64,000 nt of DNA. Source: Folioceros fuciformis (Eukaryota). Shown here one piece after another: positions 13,508 to 25,059 of this stretch. Position numbers and translations under genes: made by a program. How positions within the stretch are numbered: the first letter of the stretch is position 1; each line of letters opens with the position of its first letter. Location of the stretch: positions 775,414 to 839,413 of the forward strand of contig JBNGIO010006379.1 in NCBI GenBank assembly GCA_049999805.1, given 5' to 3'. The notes below the pieces were generated by a model that did not search any database, was not told the origin of the DNA, and saw nothing but the letters and a program-made list of their open reading frames with translations.

Positions 13508-14007
13508 ATTTCTTCCTCCTGTCACACATATTTGTGTCCATGATGGAAGTAATCCTTTGTTGTCCCCTTTTTGTATACAAGATATATTGAATGCGTTAAA
13601 AAATTTGATTCATGTTGAATAGTCTTAATGCTCGGCATATACAGATTTAATGCTTGCCAAACATAGAATATGAAAATATCTCAAGCCAAGCACGACTTAC
13701 GGTGTTTTGTTTTTTTCATATAGTTTAAGACTTTATTATTATTATTATTATTTTAATGCAACTACCTTATGTTGGGATGTTGGGTGAACCGCTAGGTGCG
13801 AAAAGGTGCGTTTTATTAAATTTTAACATCAATCGACATGCATGCGCTATATATCGGGCTAAAACACTTAGTTTTAGCCCGATATAAGATTTTAATTTTA
13901 TGATTTTTATTAGTTTTCGTCCAACGAGCCCTCGGCGCTTGGGGTACCCTGTCTGTCTACATTGTGTCTATTGACCGCGGTTCATATGGGACGCCCTGAG
14001 GTCTCGT

Positions 14008-14015
14008 AACCCTAA
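14008..14015 (+). promoter_or_regulatory. Telo-box-like motif upstream of ribosomal protein gene
   Basis: AACCCTAA about 50 nt before the RPS19 ATG; telo-boxes are typical of plant ribosomal-protein promoters. Confidence 0.45.
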
Positions 14016-14061
14016 ATATTCATTCAGGTCGTGGTGCGCGTAGTGCTTTGCCTTAGCAGCT

Positions 14062-14884
14062 ATGGCGGCTACGGCGAAGACCGTGAAAGATGTGTCCTCC
14101 CACGAATTTGTGCGCGCTTACGCGGCGCATCTGAAGCGTTCGGGCAAGGTAGCTTCATTGTGTTGACCTCTTCCCCTGCCCGCCGCTTTCCAGCTTCAAT
14201 GGTCTCAGGCGGCTAGGGCGACTTCGATCTGACGCTTTTCTGTGGCTCTGTGTTGTAGATCAATGTGCCCGGTTGGGTGGATATAGTGAAGACAGCCACC
14301 TTCAAGGAGTTGGCGCCCTATGATCCTGATTGGTACTACATCAGGGCTGGTACGTTCAAGACTTCGATTTTCAGTTTGTCTGTAGGTCTCGCAGTTGAAG
14401 GGAGCTCCGCTCTGTCCGTGGAGGGGTTTCCTTGTTCAAGGGATTTAGGGGTTCCGAAGTAGAGAAGGACGTTTTGTGTGCTGTAGATGTTTGCTAACCT
14501 AGCCTTGGTGTGCTTTGCTGCCGGTGAGAACAGCGTCTATGGCAAGGAAGATTTATTTGCGACAGGGAATTGGGTTGGGTGCCTTCCGGAAAATCTATGG
14601 AGGTCGGAAGAGCAACGGAGTAAGGCCCTCGCACTTCGCCAAGAGCAGTGGCGCCATAGCAAGGAATATTCTGAAGCAGCTGGAGACCTTGGACATCATC
14701 GACAAGGACCCGAAAGGGTTAGCTTTCGTGTATTCCTCCGAGTTTCGGTGCATGTTGTTAGGTTTTCGGTTCATCTGGGCTGATGTTGTTGTCTTCCTTT
14801 TGCTGCAGAGGTAGACGTATCACGTCTAGCGGACAAAGGGATCTTGACCAAGTTGCCGGTCGCATCAGCACGGCTGCTGCTTGA
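14062..14884 (+). CDS. RPS19: 40S ribosomal protein S19 (eS19), 4 exons
   Basis: [29 protein letters not shown] / [28 protein letters not shown] / [16 protein letters not shown]...PSHFAKSSG / [19 protein letters not shown]. Confidence 0.97.
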
Positions 14885-15289
14885 GGGTCTCCCTCACGAA
14901 ATTTTGCCAGAGTTAGGGAGAGGATAGGAAGGTAGGGAATATTGTTTGGGTTTGCAAGTGTCGGGAGTGCACAATGTCTGGCTCCTGACAAAATTCCATA
15001 TTATGTTCGTCTATTTTCAATGAGTGACCACCATCAGTAGTCTGAAGGGTGGTTTGGGGTGTTTCACCATCAGGAGTGTTGGTCTGGGTTATTTCATTAT
15101 CTGGAGCGTGGGATGGGTGAGTGTCTGTAGCAGGTTGGAGTCTTCGATTCTGTATGGTCTGGTCTTAAGCTGTAATCTGTTTGTCCCTTGCCTGGGCAGT
15201 GATGCGTTGGGGGGTAGGATGTCGTTCCAGCTCATGTGATACCGGCATTGTGGGTGGCCCCTCGCCTCTTTTTTTGGTTGTCCCTGGAA

Positions 15290-15361
15290 GCTGGATGATG
15301 AGCAATACATAGACCTGTTCTGATCCCGATGAGGACACAACATGCACCATCAGCTGACAGC
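15290..15361 (+). ncRNA. Box C/D snoRNA with two 18S rRNA guides (U25-like at D', U33-like at D)
   Basis: Box C ATGATGA 15295-15301, D' CTGA 15320-15323, D CTGA 15354-15357, terminal stem GCTG/CAGC. Guides CATAGACCTGT and CATGCACCATCA pair, each with one G:U, to conserved 18S ACAGGUCUGUG and UGGUGGUGCAUG. Confidence 0.75.
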
Positions 15362-15560
15362 CTCAGTCAGGGCAACCATGTAGCTTTAGCAGATGCTAGA
15401 CCTGATTGATGTAGTTTGACAATTAGGATTGAATACGTGGCAGCCTGGCGTTGTCTTTTGGTTTCGGACGGGTTCCTTAGAAGTTGTCTGTCCGTTGCTT
15501 GTGGGTTGTGTTTTCGCTGATGCAGGTCAATGCAGACCCTTCCTGGATGGCCCTTTCGAA

Positions 15561-15629
15561 AGCTAGATGATCATTGAATACCTCTCCTGATTCTGATGAG
15601 GACACAATATGCATCATGATCTGGCAGCT
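15561..15629 (+). ncRNA. Degenerate paralog of the preceding C/D snoRNA (possible pseudogene)
   Basis: Shares GATGAGGACACAA-ATGCA-CAT and the AGCT...CAGCT flanks. Box C is ATGATCA and box D is CTGG, both off-consensus. Confidence 0.45.
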
Positions 15630-17011
15630 TCACTTAGGGTGCTGTTGTCGTGTTATCAGATGCGAAACCTTGTAGGCGGAGTTTGTTGTGTGATTGGTTT
15701 GCCCTTCTGTGTTAGTTTTTCCTCGCGGCAAGCATGATGCCGAAGGACGGAAAAGATGTTGCGTCCGTTTCCTTCTCTTCCTAAGTGACTCTGACATTTT
15801 TGCTTAGTATTGGAACCAGTTGCTTCAAGGTTATCTAGTAGTTCTTGACTGGTTTCATTCAATTGCCGTGGATCAGGTGGGGCAGTCAAGTGGTGACTTG
15901 ATTCGATAGTGATATGCTGTATTACCAAGTCGTAGGTGGGGTTGTTCCCCGCGATGTGCCTGGCATGCATCACCTTCCTAGCAAGCTTTTTGGGAACTCG
16001 ATCATGACTTGCGCCTAAACCTTTTCTGATGCTTATTCAGAGCGTTCTTCTTTGGCTGAGTCCTGTAGTCCCGCTCTAATGGCGCTTTGTACATCTGTTG
16101 ACTTGTGCTTTTCTGTATTATGTCAGCGCGTAGGGTTCCTTGGTGTCCTGTTACTCGTTGTTGTGATTTTGTCCATGTAACGTAGCTTATGTTCCCGGCT
16201 TACGTTACGTAAGCTGGACTACAAAGGCCCCAGCCAAACTGAGCCGGACTATACCGTCCCCGGCCGGATGGCGTGAGCTTCAGACCTTCGCCGATCCACG
16301 TGGTGGATGGCTTGTGCATTCCAGCCACCCCCTAAACGTTCCTGCCAATATCTTTTTTCCTGTCGGCGCGGTCGGCAAGAATGCGTGGACTACTGGTTGA
16401 CTGTATCAAACTGAGTGTTATCGTGCATGACTCAGCTCGACAGACTGGACAGATCTTCTGGGCAGATGAGAACGCAACTCCCTTGCGATCGCTTCGTCTC
16501 GACTCTTCATATTCTGGCAGTTCAGAGGGGCCCGGTCAGTTGTCGGGCAACGGCCGGAAAGGCTTCCTTGTGCTGGCCTGAAAGCACCTGGGATAGGGGA
16601 GGCACTGGTGGATGAGTTGCAGAAGCATCCAGGTGGATCGGAAGCACCTCTGGAAACAGTACAGGAAATGCTGGTACCGGGTCCCCATCGGCGTCTGCTG
16701 ACAAGGTCGTATTCCCGCGCAATTCGGAACTTGGGTATGGCTACATTAGGTCCAGGAGCTCCACGAGGATACCATTGGTCTACTCCTCATGGGCTGTGGG
16801 GTATCCTCGATTCGAGCTCCTCTGCTATGGGGTGTCCTCGATTCGAGTTTCTCTGCTGTGGCTCCTCGATGAGCTGTTGAAGATGGTTGGCTAGCTAGCT
16901 GGGCACTCCTTGCTTCCGAACACTCAGCTTCCGGACATAAGGTTGTGAGAAGAGCTTGTTTCGTTTCCCTTCGTCTTGCAGCAAGGAATAGCAGCAAGCA
17001 AGCCACCAGGC

Positions 17012-18649
17012 ATGGCATTCCCTGTGGAGCCTTGGACCGTGCTTGCTACTGCAGTTCCTGTACTTGTGGTGTGGGCGTACTTGGTGTGGAAGAATCACAG
17101 ACACTATGGGAAGAACAGGGGTCCAGTGCTCTACCCTGTGTTGGGCTCTGCGTTGGAGCTTTTGCGAAACAAGGACAGGATTCTGGACTGGGCCACGGAT
17201 TTCATGATCAAGGATCCCACCCACACGATTAGGAGTGTAAGGCCGGGAACCAGCGTGACCATCATCACTGCCAATCCCGGCAATGTGGATCACATGCTGC
17301 GCAAGAATTTCGAGAATTATCCCAAGGGAACCGACATGGGCGAGGTGCTGGAAGACCTGTTAGGGAAAGGCATCTTCAACGCCGACGGGCACTTGTGGCG
17401 GGTGCAGAGGAAGGTTGCCAGCTACGAGTTCACCACCCGGTCGCTGCGGGAGCTTGTGTGCGATACTCTGCAGAAGGAGACTCGGACGCGGATGCTCCCC
17501 TTTCTGGAGAAGGCTGCTGCATCCGGCTCGGTTTTCGACCTGCAGGGCATGCTCTTGCGCTCCTCCTTCGATACCATCTGCAACATTGCATTCGGAGTGG
17601 ACCCCGGGTGCCTGGAGCCTTCCTTCGATGCGGACTCTTCATCGCCCATTGCGAGGTTCGCAAAGGCCTTCGACACAGCCACCAGGCTCACGACGGACAG
17701 ATTCTTGACGCTAGCACCGGCTCTCTGGAAGGTGAAGCGGGCTCTCAACGTCGGAGCGGAGAGGCGGCTCCGGGAAGCTGTGGCCCAAGTGCATGATTTC
17801 GCCATGTCGGTGATCCGGCAGAGAAGGAAGGAGCTTGCCTCGGTACCGCAGCAGGGCGGCGAGGGCAGCCGCCACCTGGATCTGCTGTCACGGTTCATGC
17901 GTCTCTTGGATTCCCAGTCGTCGGAGGATTTCTCGGAGCTGGAGCGTGTGTGGTCAGAGCAGGAGGCTGCAGGGCCAGGGAGGAAAAACTTTGTCGATGA
18001 GTTCCTCAGAGACATTGTCATCAGCTTCTTTCTGGCTGGGAGGGACACGTCGTCCGTGAGTCTCTCGTGGTTCTTCTGGACGCTTTCCCATCACCCCGAA
18101 GCGGAGAGGGCCATCTATGAGGAGGTTGTGGGCGTCGTGCGCGCGAGGAAGGAGGTTTCTGCATCCTTTTCATACGACGAGCTGAAATCCATGCAATACT
18201 TGACCGCAGCCATATCGGAGTCTCTCCGACTCCACCCACCTGTGCCTGTAGACGCCAAGATCGCTCTGGAGGACGATGTCTTCCCTGACGGAACCCTTGT
18301 TCCTAGGGGAGCCAGGGTGGCGTACCATCCTTACGCCATGGGCAGGATGGAGAGCATCTGGGGACCTGACTGCACGCAGTTCAAGCCAGAGAGGTGGCTC
18401 AAGGACGGAGAGTATCAAATCGAAAGCTCCTCCAAGTTTCCTGTCTTCCAGGCAGGGCCCCGCATCTGCCTGGGGAAAGACATGGCGATGGTGCAGATGA
18501 AGTATGTGGCTGCTTCCTTTATCCAGAACTTCACTTTGACCGTGGCTCCTGGTTTCAAGCCTATTTATAAGCTGGCCCTAACCATGCCCATGAAGCATGG
18601 GTTTCCTGTCAGAGTGAGCCGCAGGCAACAAGGTACCAATTCCCTGTAA
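17012..18649 (+). CDS. Cytochrome P450, CYP86 clan, CYP94-like (copy 1), intronless
   Basis: NFENYPKG, LLGKGIFNADG, I-helix FLAGRDTSS, ESLRLHPPVP, FKPERW and heme motif FQAGPRICLG. Confidence 0.93.
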   Translation: MAFPVEPWTVLATAVPVLVVWAYLVWKNHRHYGKNRGPVLYPVLGSALELLRNKDRILDWATDFMIKDPTHTIRSVRPGTSVTIITANPGNVDHMLRKNFENYPKGTDMGEVLEDLLGKGIFNADGHLWRVQRKVASYEFTTRSLRELVCDTLQKETRTRMLPFLEKAAASGSVFDLQGMLLRSSFDTICNIAFGVDPGCLEPSFDADSSSPIARFAKAFDTATRLTTDRFLTLAPALWKVKRALNVGAERRLREAVAQVHDFAMSVIRQRRKELASVPQQGGEGSRHLDLLSRFMRLLDSQSSEDFSELERVWSEQEAAGPGRKNFVDEFLRDIVISFFLAGRDTSSVSLSWFFWTLSHHPEAERAIYEEVVGVVRARKEVSASFSYDELKSMQYLTAAISESLRLHPPVPVDAKIALEDDVFPDGTLVPRGARVAYHPYAMGRMESIWGPDCTQFKPERWLKDGEYQIESSSKFPVFQAGPRICLGKDMAMVQMKYVAASFIQNFTLTVAPGFKPIYKLALTMPMKHGFPVRVSRRQQGTNSL

Positions 18650-18890
18650 GTGGTAAATTCCTGCAAGGTCTTAGTGCAATCGGGTAGGAAAATTTAGCCA
18701 AGAAAATGTTGATGGACATCGGAGGATCACAATTGTGGGCACGGCATGTACCCGTACAAAAAGGCTGTCGACCCCCGGGGTGTTTGGTGTTGTCAATGGC
18801 TTCGGTGACAATGTGCGTTCCACGAGAACGATTTGTACTATGAGAGGGTCAGTTTAATCCATCGAAGAATTGGCCGTCCTCCTGACAAAC

Positions 18891-19045
18891 GAAAAGGGCG
18901 CAGGAGCTATTGGACAGACGAAAAGAAAAGGGCGAAGGAGCTATTGGACAAACGAAAAGAAAAGGGCGCAGGAGCTATTGGACANNNNNNNNNNAGAAAA
19001 GGGCGCAGGAGCTATTGGACAAACGAAAAGAAAAGGGCGCAGGAG
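18891..19045 (+). repeat. 34-bp tandem repeat (GAAAAGGGCGCAGGAGCTATTGGACAAACGAAAA) interrupted by an assembly gap
   Basis: Units start at 18891, 18925 and 18959 and continue after the N run at 18985-18994. Confidence 0.9.
18985..18994. other. Assembly gap (10 N)
   Basis: Run of N inside the tandem repeat; true length unknown. Confidence 1.
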
Positions 19046-20224
19046 TAATGGCATAAGTAAAATAAGGTGAAAGTTAAAAGTAGAAAGGTGAAAGCTAAAT
19101 CTAGAGCTGTCTTGATGAAGAAGCAAGTATGCTTCTTACTGCCTTTGGAAACAAAATGTGTGTTCCAGGCAAAACCTCCTAAGAAGGATGGAGTTGTAAT
19201 GACCACTAGTATTCTAGGATGAGTGGTGTGTATCATTCCCAGTTTTAGCAGTGGCTTAGCTGTGGAGTATAAATAGGCCAGTGTTAGGGTCTTAAGGATA
19301 CGGTGATACACTGATACAAAAAGAGGCAGACAGTGAGAAGTCTAGCCTGGAGGCATAGCTGTGGAGGGCTTGAAGAGCAAGCTTGTCAGATAGAGTCGAG
19401 GGCAGTAGCCAGTGAGGCGTAGATTGCCAGACTCTTTGTAAGTATCTGGAATAAAGAGCAGCACCTAGAGGAGGTGGTCTGCGAGTCGTCAGTGGACGGC
19501 GGGCTACTTGGAGCCTAGTGCCGAGTCGTGTGAGAGGGAGTGAGTGAATTGCAAGTGGAGCGCTGCGGAGTGTTTAGACGAGATTCGAGGCCGTTGCTTC
19601 CTTTTACGCTGCGTAAGGAAGGGGGCGTTACTGCAGGAGCTATTGATACACACAAAGTAATGAGGCATATAACTCGAGGCCGGCGCAAATGGTTTTGCCT
19701 TCGACATCCCATATGTCATGGGGCCATGCCCACTCTCACCCACTGCGCGTGTCCACACCATCCCGTACACGTTACCGTTAAACGGCAACAGCTTGCCACG
19801 CCCGCTCCCTTACACGCCGTCCCCATGTTGTGCCTGGGGGATTAGTTTTGTTTCGAAATATCAAAGACCTTTACTAACCATTTCAGTGCTTGGGTGTCGC
19901 TTGCGCCCGCCTCCAGCTGACGAACTCAAGGGGCCCAGGATTGAGATAGAACGTATGTTTCGGGCCCGGGATTGAGACACAAAGTAGGTTTTGAGCACAA
20001 TGGCCGTGTGATCCAGTATGCAGCGCCTGCACAATGATAGTGTATGGTTGTGCATTCACACAGCCTTTCCACGTTTTCACAAAGCCTTAACCCTTTGGAG
20101 AGAAAGCTTGCTCCCGTCAAATTCTTGGCTGATGTTTGGTGTCTAGTTTCACAGTTCATTTGAAGGCAAATCTTTCAGGTTTGTCTCGCCGAAAACGGCC
20201 ATCAAACTCCCCAACAATGGGTGG

Positions 20225-20690
20225 AAAACGGATGCATAACAACAAGATTACAGCATTACATTTCTTCCGGATAGCTTCATGAACTATTTGCAGAATGACC
20301 TGGCCAATATATGGAATCAAAGCCCTCTATATGGGCTACAAAATGATATGTCTGTACTTTGGTTTGGCATCCAAATGCTTGCGGTATCATTGAAAAACGG
20401 ATGCATAACAACAAGATTGCAGTAGAACTTTTTTACCAGATCGCTTCATGCACTATTTGCAAAATGCTCTGGCCAATATCTTGAATAGAAGCCCTTTGCA
20501 TGGGCTACAGAATGATATGCCTGTACTTTGGTTTGGCATCCAATGCAAAAAATGGATGCACAAGAACGAGAATGCAGCAGGAGGTTTTTGCTGATTTTTG
20601 CATGCACAGTTCATGTATTTCTATGCCCAGTATCTTGAATTGAAGGTCTATGCAGGGATTACAGAATGATATGTCTGTATTGTGTTTTGG
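20225..20690 (+). repeat. Degenerate ~150-170-bp tandem repeat (3 copies) inside the MULE
   Basis: AAAA(C/T)GGATGCA(T/C)AA...GGGCTACA(A/G)AATGATATG.CTGTACTTTGGTTTGGCATCCAA recurs near 20225, 20394 and 20547. Confidence 0.75.
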
Positions 20691-21085
20691 TCCCCAAACG
20701 ACGGAGTTCTGGTTATAAGATGGATTCCGATAATCGCGTTTGCAAGTGACTGAGCAAAGACAAAAAACGTGGCCAGCCTTTGCACAATCGGCAAGGATTG
20801 ACATTTCTACTTAATTGATTTGCTAAAGCCAGCCTTCCCTACAACTTGTTCAGCAAAAGTATGGCGCTTTGCCTTCGAAGACAGTTTCCATTATAGACGA
20901 TTTTCCCAAAACGCTTTCTTCGTCTTCAAGCTATTGTCGGACGCTTCGCTTATTGGTAAGAGGTATGGAATGTGCATTAGACTATTCTCCTCAGCTTCTG
21001 CAGCCACACCCTCTAACTGCCAGAACACACCTTGTATCAGTGCAAATGCATGGGCCTCAATGCCAGGTTTCCTCTACACTAAACT

Positions 21086-23202
21086 TTATATGTTTTCCCA
21101 AACAGTTGCTAAGTTCATTTGGTGGGGAACAGGAGCTCTCATAGTCACGTTTATTCCAGCATCCACAGCTTGTGACAAAGGATGATGCACAATTGTTAGC
21201 TCGTTTCGAACACTACCACAAAGTTCAACCTCCCTAGTGGACAATAGAGGTGCTTGTCTATATGATTCCTGTGAAGTATCCATTGATGCATATATACCCA
21301 CCAGGGTTTCCATGGGCACTACTTCCTACAAGAGCATCTAACCTTCACTTGATGCTTACAAAGAAACCCTGTAGATGAAATATTGCATGTGCAGCTACCC
21401 CAATGAGATCCGGCATTAAACACATTATAAGCCTTGTTCTTCTTTGCATTCTCACTCCTCACGATAGCATATGGTTGCCTAGTACAAGGTAGGGATACAT
21501 TGGACTTTGGGATAAATTCCAATGCTTTGTTCACTGCGCTTTGGACAACCAGTTCTTGCTTATTATTCCTAATGATGCCACTCCCCTTACATTGTCTTTG
21601 GTACCAAAAATGTTTGTCCACTTCGTCCGTCAGGATATGTAAAAGCCAGTCGAGTTGTCTGCTACGAAGATTCTTCTTTGTGAGGAGACAACGGTACTTA
21701 AGGTGACGATGATAAGCTTTGATCGAAGAGTTGCAGTCTTGACCTACGTGAGGTATAGTCCTTACTGCCTTTATCCACATGTCCATGACATCTCCCCACT
21801 GCTGTTGAAAATAATGCACAAAACTAGCTTCTGAGGCATCATACACTTCGTAAAACTCTTGAAGCTTCATCTGGGCTCATGCTAGATCATTCCTTGAGTC
21901 CATGTCTATGTACATAACATTTCCCAAGGCCTTCATCATGACTGCCTTATTACTTGCGGACTTGACTTTCTTCACGAGCTGCCGCAACCACGCCCTCCGT
22001 ACATGCCATAGACAGAGGAACACAAGAGTTGTGCTGCCAAATACTTGCTGGATTGCTTTTATCTCCGCTGCACAGTCATCAACAAGGAAAGCTGTAGGAT
22101 GCCAATCTAACCGTAATGATTGCAATTTCCTTTGCAAAGCCGGTAACCACATGGCCATGTGTTTTGCAGTAGATTGAGTGGTCATTACCCAGGCCACCGG
22201 TAAGCCATTGCGGTGATCATCGAACACGAGCAAAGTGAACAATTGAAACTGAAATAAAGAGAAAGTGAGTTATGAAGCTAGCATCCCACAATCTTGTGTT
22301 TGAAATGCAAAGAATCTAACCTTCCACTTGTTGTTGCCGAATGTGGCTTTCATTGAAATGATGGATTGATGCCCCTAGTAAAGCATGCATTCCTTTTGGA
22401 AGCTTGTTTGAATCCCTAAAGTAAAATGTGTGCCCTTCATCGAAGCACCATGTGGTGGGAAGAAAAGAATATTCCTATGGATGTCAATCCATAGCTTGAC
22501 ACTAACTTCATCAATGCTATGGAGTCTCCAAGCCCTTGCATCCAACTCAGCTTGCAAGTTGCATATGTCCTCAGGCAAGAGAAAATCATCTCTATGTAAG
22601 ACAACGTTAGGATCCCCTTGCATCCTAACATAAACATCGTTCTTGTGATCACATAAAATGTGATATGGAGTGGTTTTGCACAAAAGTTTGTGCTTCACCC
22701 ATTCTGTCTTACTTGCTGATAAAGAAGGAGCAAGAGCATGTGAGGGAGATGCATCTACTGCTAACAATCCATGGCAAAAGTCACAAGAGGCATTCACATG
22801 ATGCCACTGATCAAAACGGATTTGAGCAATATCTTGAAACAACTCCAATTGAGTAATGACAACCACAAACTCACAACCTACTTTCCTGCGCTCCCCACAA
22901 GCCACCTTGCTCTTTCGACTTCTAGGTCCAGACTTTGGCCTGTTAGTCATATCCACCAAGGGTACATCACTTTGGAGACGGTTGTCAGATCTGGAACCAT
23001 ATGCACAACAATACCTTATGTATTGTTTTGATGTGGTTGGTGACAAGACATTATACTTATGTGTCTCTGCCCTGGACCACGTGCAACGTTTCACAAGCCT
23101 GGTTGGAAAAATTGGATTTTGCTCCTCACCTATCAAGAGGTCTGAAACCCTTTCCCATGGAATGTAAGCAGCCTTCACCTCCATTACAATTTTACCAGCC
23201 AT
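21086..23202 (-). pseudogene. MULE transposase + SWIM zinc finger, disrupted
   Basis: ATFGNNKWK, FTLLVFDDHRNGLPVAW, FLVDDCAAEIKA, CLWH and SWIM CTC...LCKH. In-frame stops near 22375, 21877 and 21319; the expected first Asp and final Glu both read as Lys. Confidence 0.85.
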
Positions 23203-23835
23203 TCCAATCCAGTTTTGTTGAAAATGCTTGGCACTGGAGTCTGCATCTTATAAGCAAACCTTGCCATCTACAGAGGTAGCATAACACTTGATGTCAAAAT
23301 GCTTAACCGGCCCTGAGATTAGGCTAATTAAATGATGTCTGCAAAGCAATCACAACTCTTGTGCATCAACCGGAGGAACTGAAAACTTACACTTTACTGA
23401 AGAGATGAACTACAAGCCCCCCACCCCACACCTAATCAATCCATCGCAGCACTTCCCGTACGCACACTCCTCCCGCACCTACAAGGACCATCATACCACT
23501 TCCCATCGCGTGATCAGCAATGCACATTGCTAGCTTGGTGTGACACACTTGACTAATTGAGCGGGGAAGGTCCGGAGGCTTTCATGAACATGTGTTTTGA
23601 AACCAAAGCGTTTTGCTGGCCCGTTTTCCTGGAATAACTATTCCCTGGCACAACTTAGGGACGGAGTTTGGCAGAGCGGGCGTCTAAACGGGCACCACAA
23701 GCTATTGCCATCCAATGGTAACGTGTGCGGGATGGTTTGGACATGCACAGTGAGTGCGAGTGGGCATGGCTACATGACACATGGGATGCCCAAGGCAAAA
23801 CCATTTGCGCTGGCCTCGAGTTATGTGCCTCATTA

Positions 23836-25059
23836 CAGTCGACCCTCTCTAAATGTGACCTCACTAAATGTTATACCTCTATAAATGTTACAAGGTTTGT
23901 TGGGTACTCCCTAGTTGGGGAGTACGGATAAATGTTATTTTTCTATAAATGTTATATATTACTTGTTTTATGAAAATAGGCACTCCCAACCACTATAGTC
24001 CAATTTTATAAATGTAATTTTAATTTTATAATATAAAAATAATATATATTGCTTAAAATAGTATGGATAATATAGATATCTAACTTATCCAATCACAATG
24101 CGATAAAAAAGCTTGGCATATTGATGATAAATAAAAAATCATTAGAAATTATTGGAAACACTTCGGGTTATGGCAAGAAAGAGCAAGTGGTAGTATGTGA
24201 GATATAGACTTGAATCAACTTAGTTTTGAGACATAAAATATTGATAATGATGATGAGTAACAGTAAGTCAACCAAGCAACACGTGAAGATTTGTTCAATA
24301 CATATTACATAGAAATAGAAATGCTTTTTTGTTAAATGAGGGATTTGAGACTTGAAACAGCATGATTGACCCCTTCTATGTTTTCACAAGAATTTGTTGA
24401 TTATGAGGTGACAAATACATGTGCTATCTAGGGCCTCCGCTAGCACACCTCCTCTGGCTTCCAGCAGCTAGTCCCGTCCGTTAGAGGAGCTTGTGTTTGC
24501 GCATCTGGTGGAAGAGCTTGCTATCTTTTATACTCCAGATGCAAATGATACATGGGCTTTTGTTCAACCTCCATCTGAAAATGAAGTTGTCAATGTTGAA
24601 AATTCTTTTGGAGAATATTATCAAGAAAGGCCTATTTTAGGTCGTGCTCAAGTGGAAGATGCACTTGGGATGATCGGTATATTTTTAGGGCAACAACCAA
24701 ATGATACTATATCTACAATTAAAAATTTATAACAAATTGAAAAAGAAGTTTTAAAGTAGGTTAGGTCTTCTTTAAAACAAGTTTCAAAGTAGAAATAACC
24801 CATTTTTTGAGGTCAATTTGAAGTTCATTTCTTATTTTCTTTATTATAAAGTTATAATAAGATTAAGTATTATAATGTTTGTTATATATATTTAATAAAA
24901 ATAAATATTTTTTATAAAATATATTTCATAATTTCCATATTTTAAATAAATTTAAATATTTTATTTTTGATAAATACTTGAATTCTCTAATTGTTACACC
25001 TCCCTAAATGTTACCCAATGCCCTACTCCCAACAGGTAACATTTAGGGAGGGTGGACTG
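23836..25059. mobile_element. Non-autonomous pogo/Tc1-mariner-type element
   Basis: TIRs CAGTCGACCCTCTCTAAATGTGACC and reverse-complement CAGTCCACCCTCCCTAAATGTTACC match 22/25; TA on both sides; AT-rich interior with repeated TAAATGTTA. Confidence 0.8.

Larger units (their letters stand above)
18750..19657. mobile_element. Probable non-autonomous DNA element fragment carrying the 34-bp array and ending in GCAGGAGCTATTGATACACACAAAG
   Basis: Similarity between the two CYP 3' flanks stops near 18748. The terminal 25-mer recurs inverted at 25062-25086, and its core is the array unit. Confidence 0.4.
19660..23833 (-). mobile_element. Mutator-like (MULE/SWIM) DNA transposon with ~135-bp TIRs, defective
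   Basis: Left ATGAGGCATATAACTCGAGGCCGGCGCAAATGGTTTTGCC... is the reverse complement of right ...GGCAAAACCATTTGCGCTGGCCTCGAGTTATGTGCCTCAT; transposase remains lie inside. Confidence 0.88.

Noticed and set aside
15018-15052. TGAG...CATCAGTAGTCTGA as an additional snoRNA
   Set aside because: No proper box C, too short, and it folds as a simple hairpin in the likely RPS19 3' UTR.
18891-19045. Regularly repeated 34-mers as a CRISPR array
   Set aside because: Units are contiguous with no unique spacers, there are no cas genes, and the context is eukaryotic.
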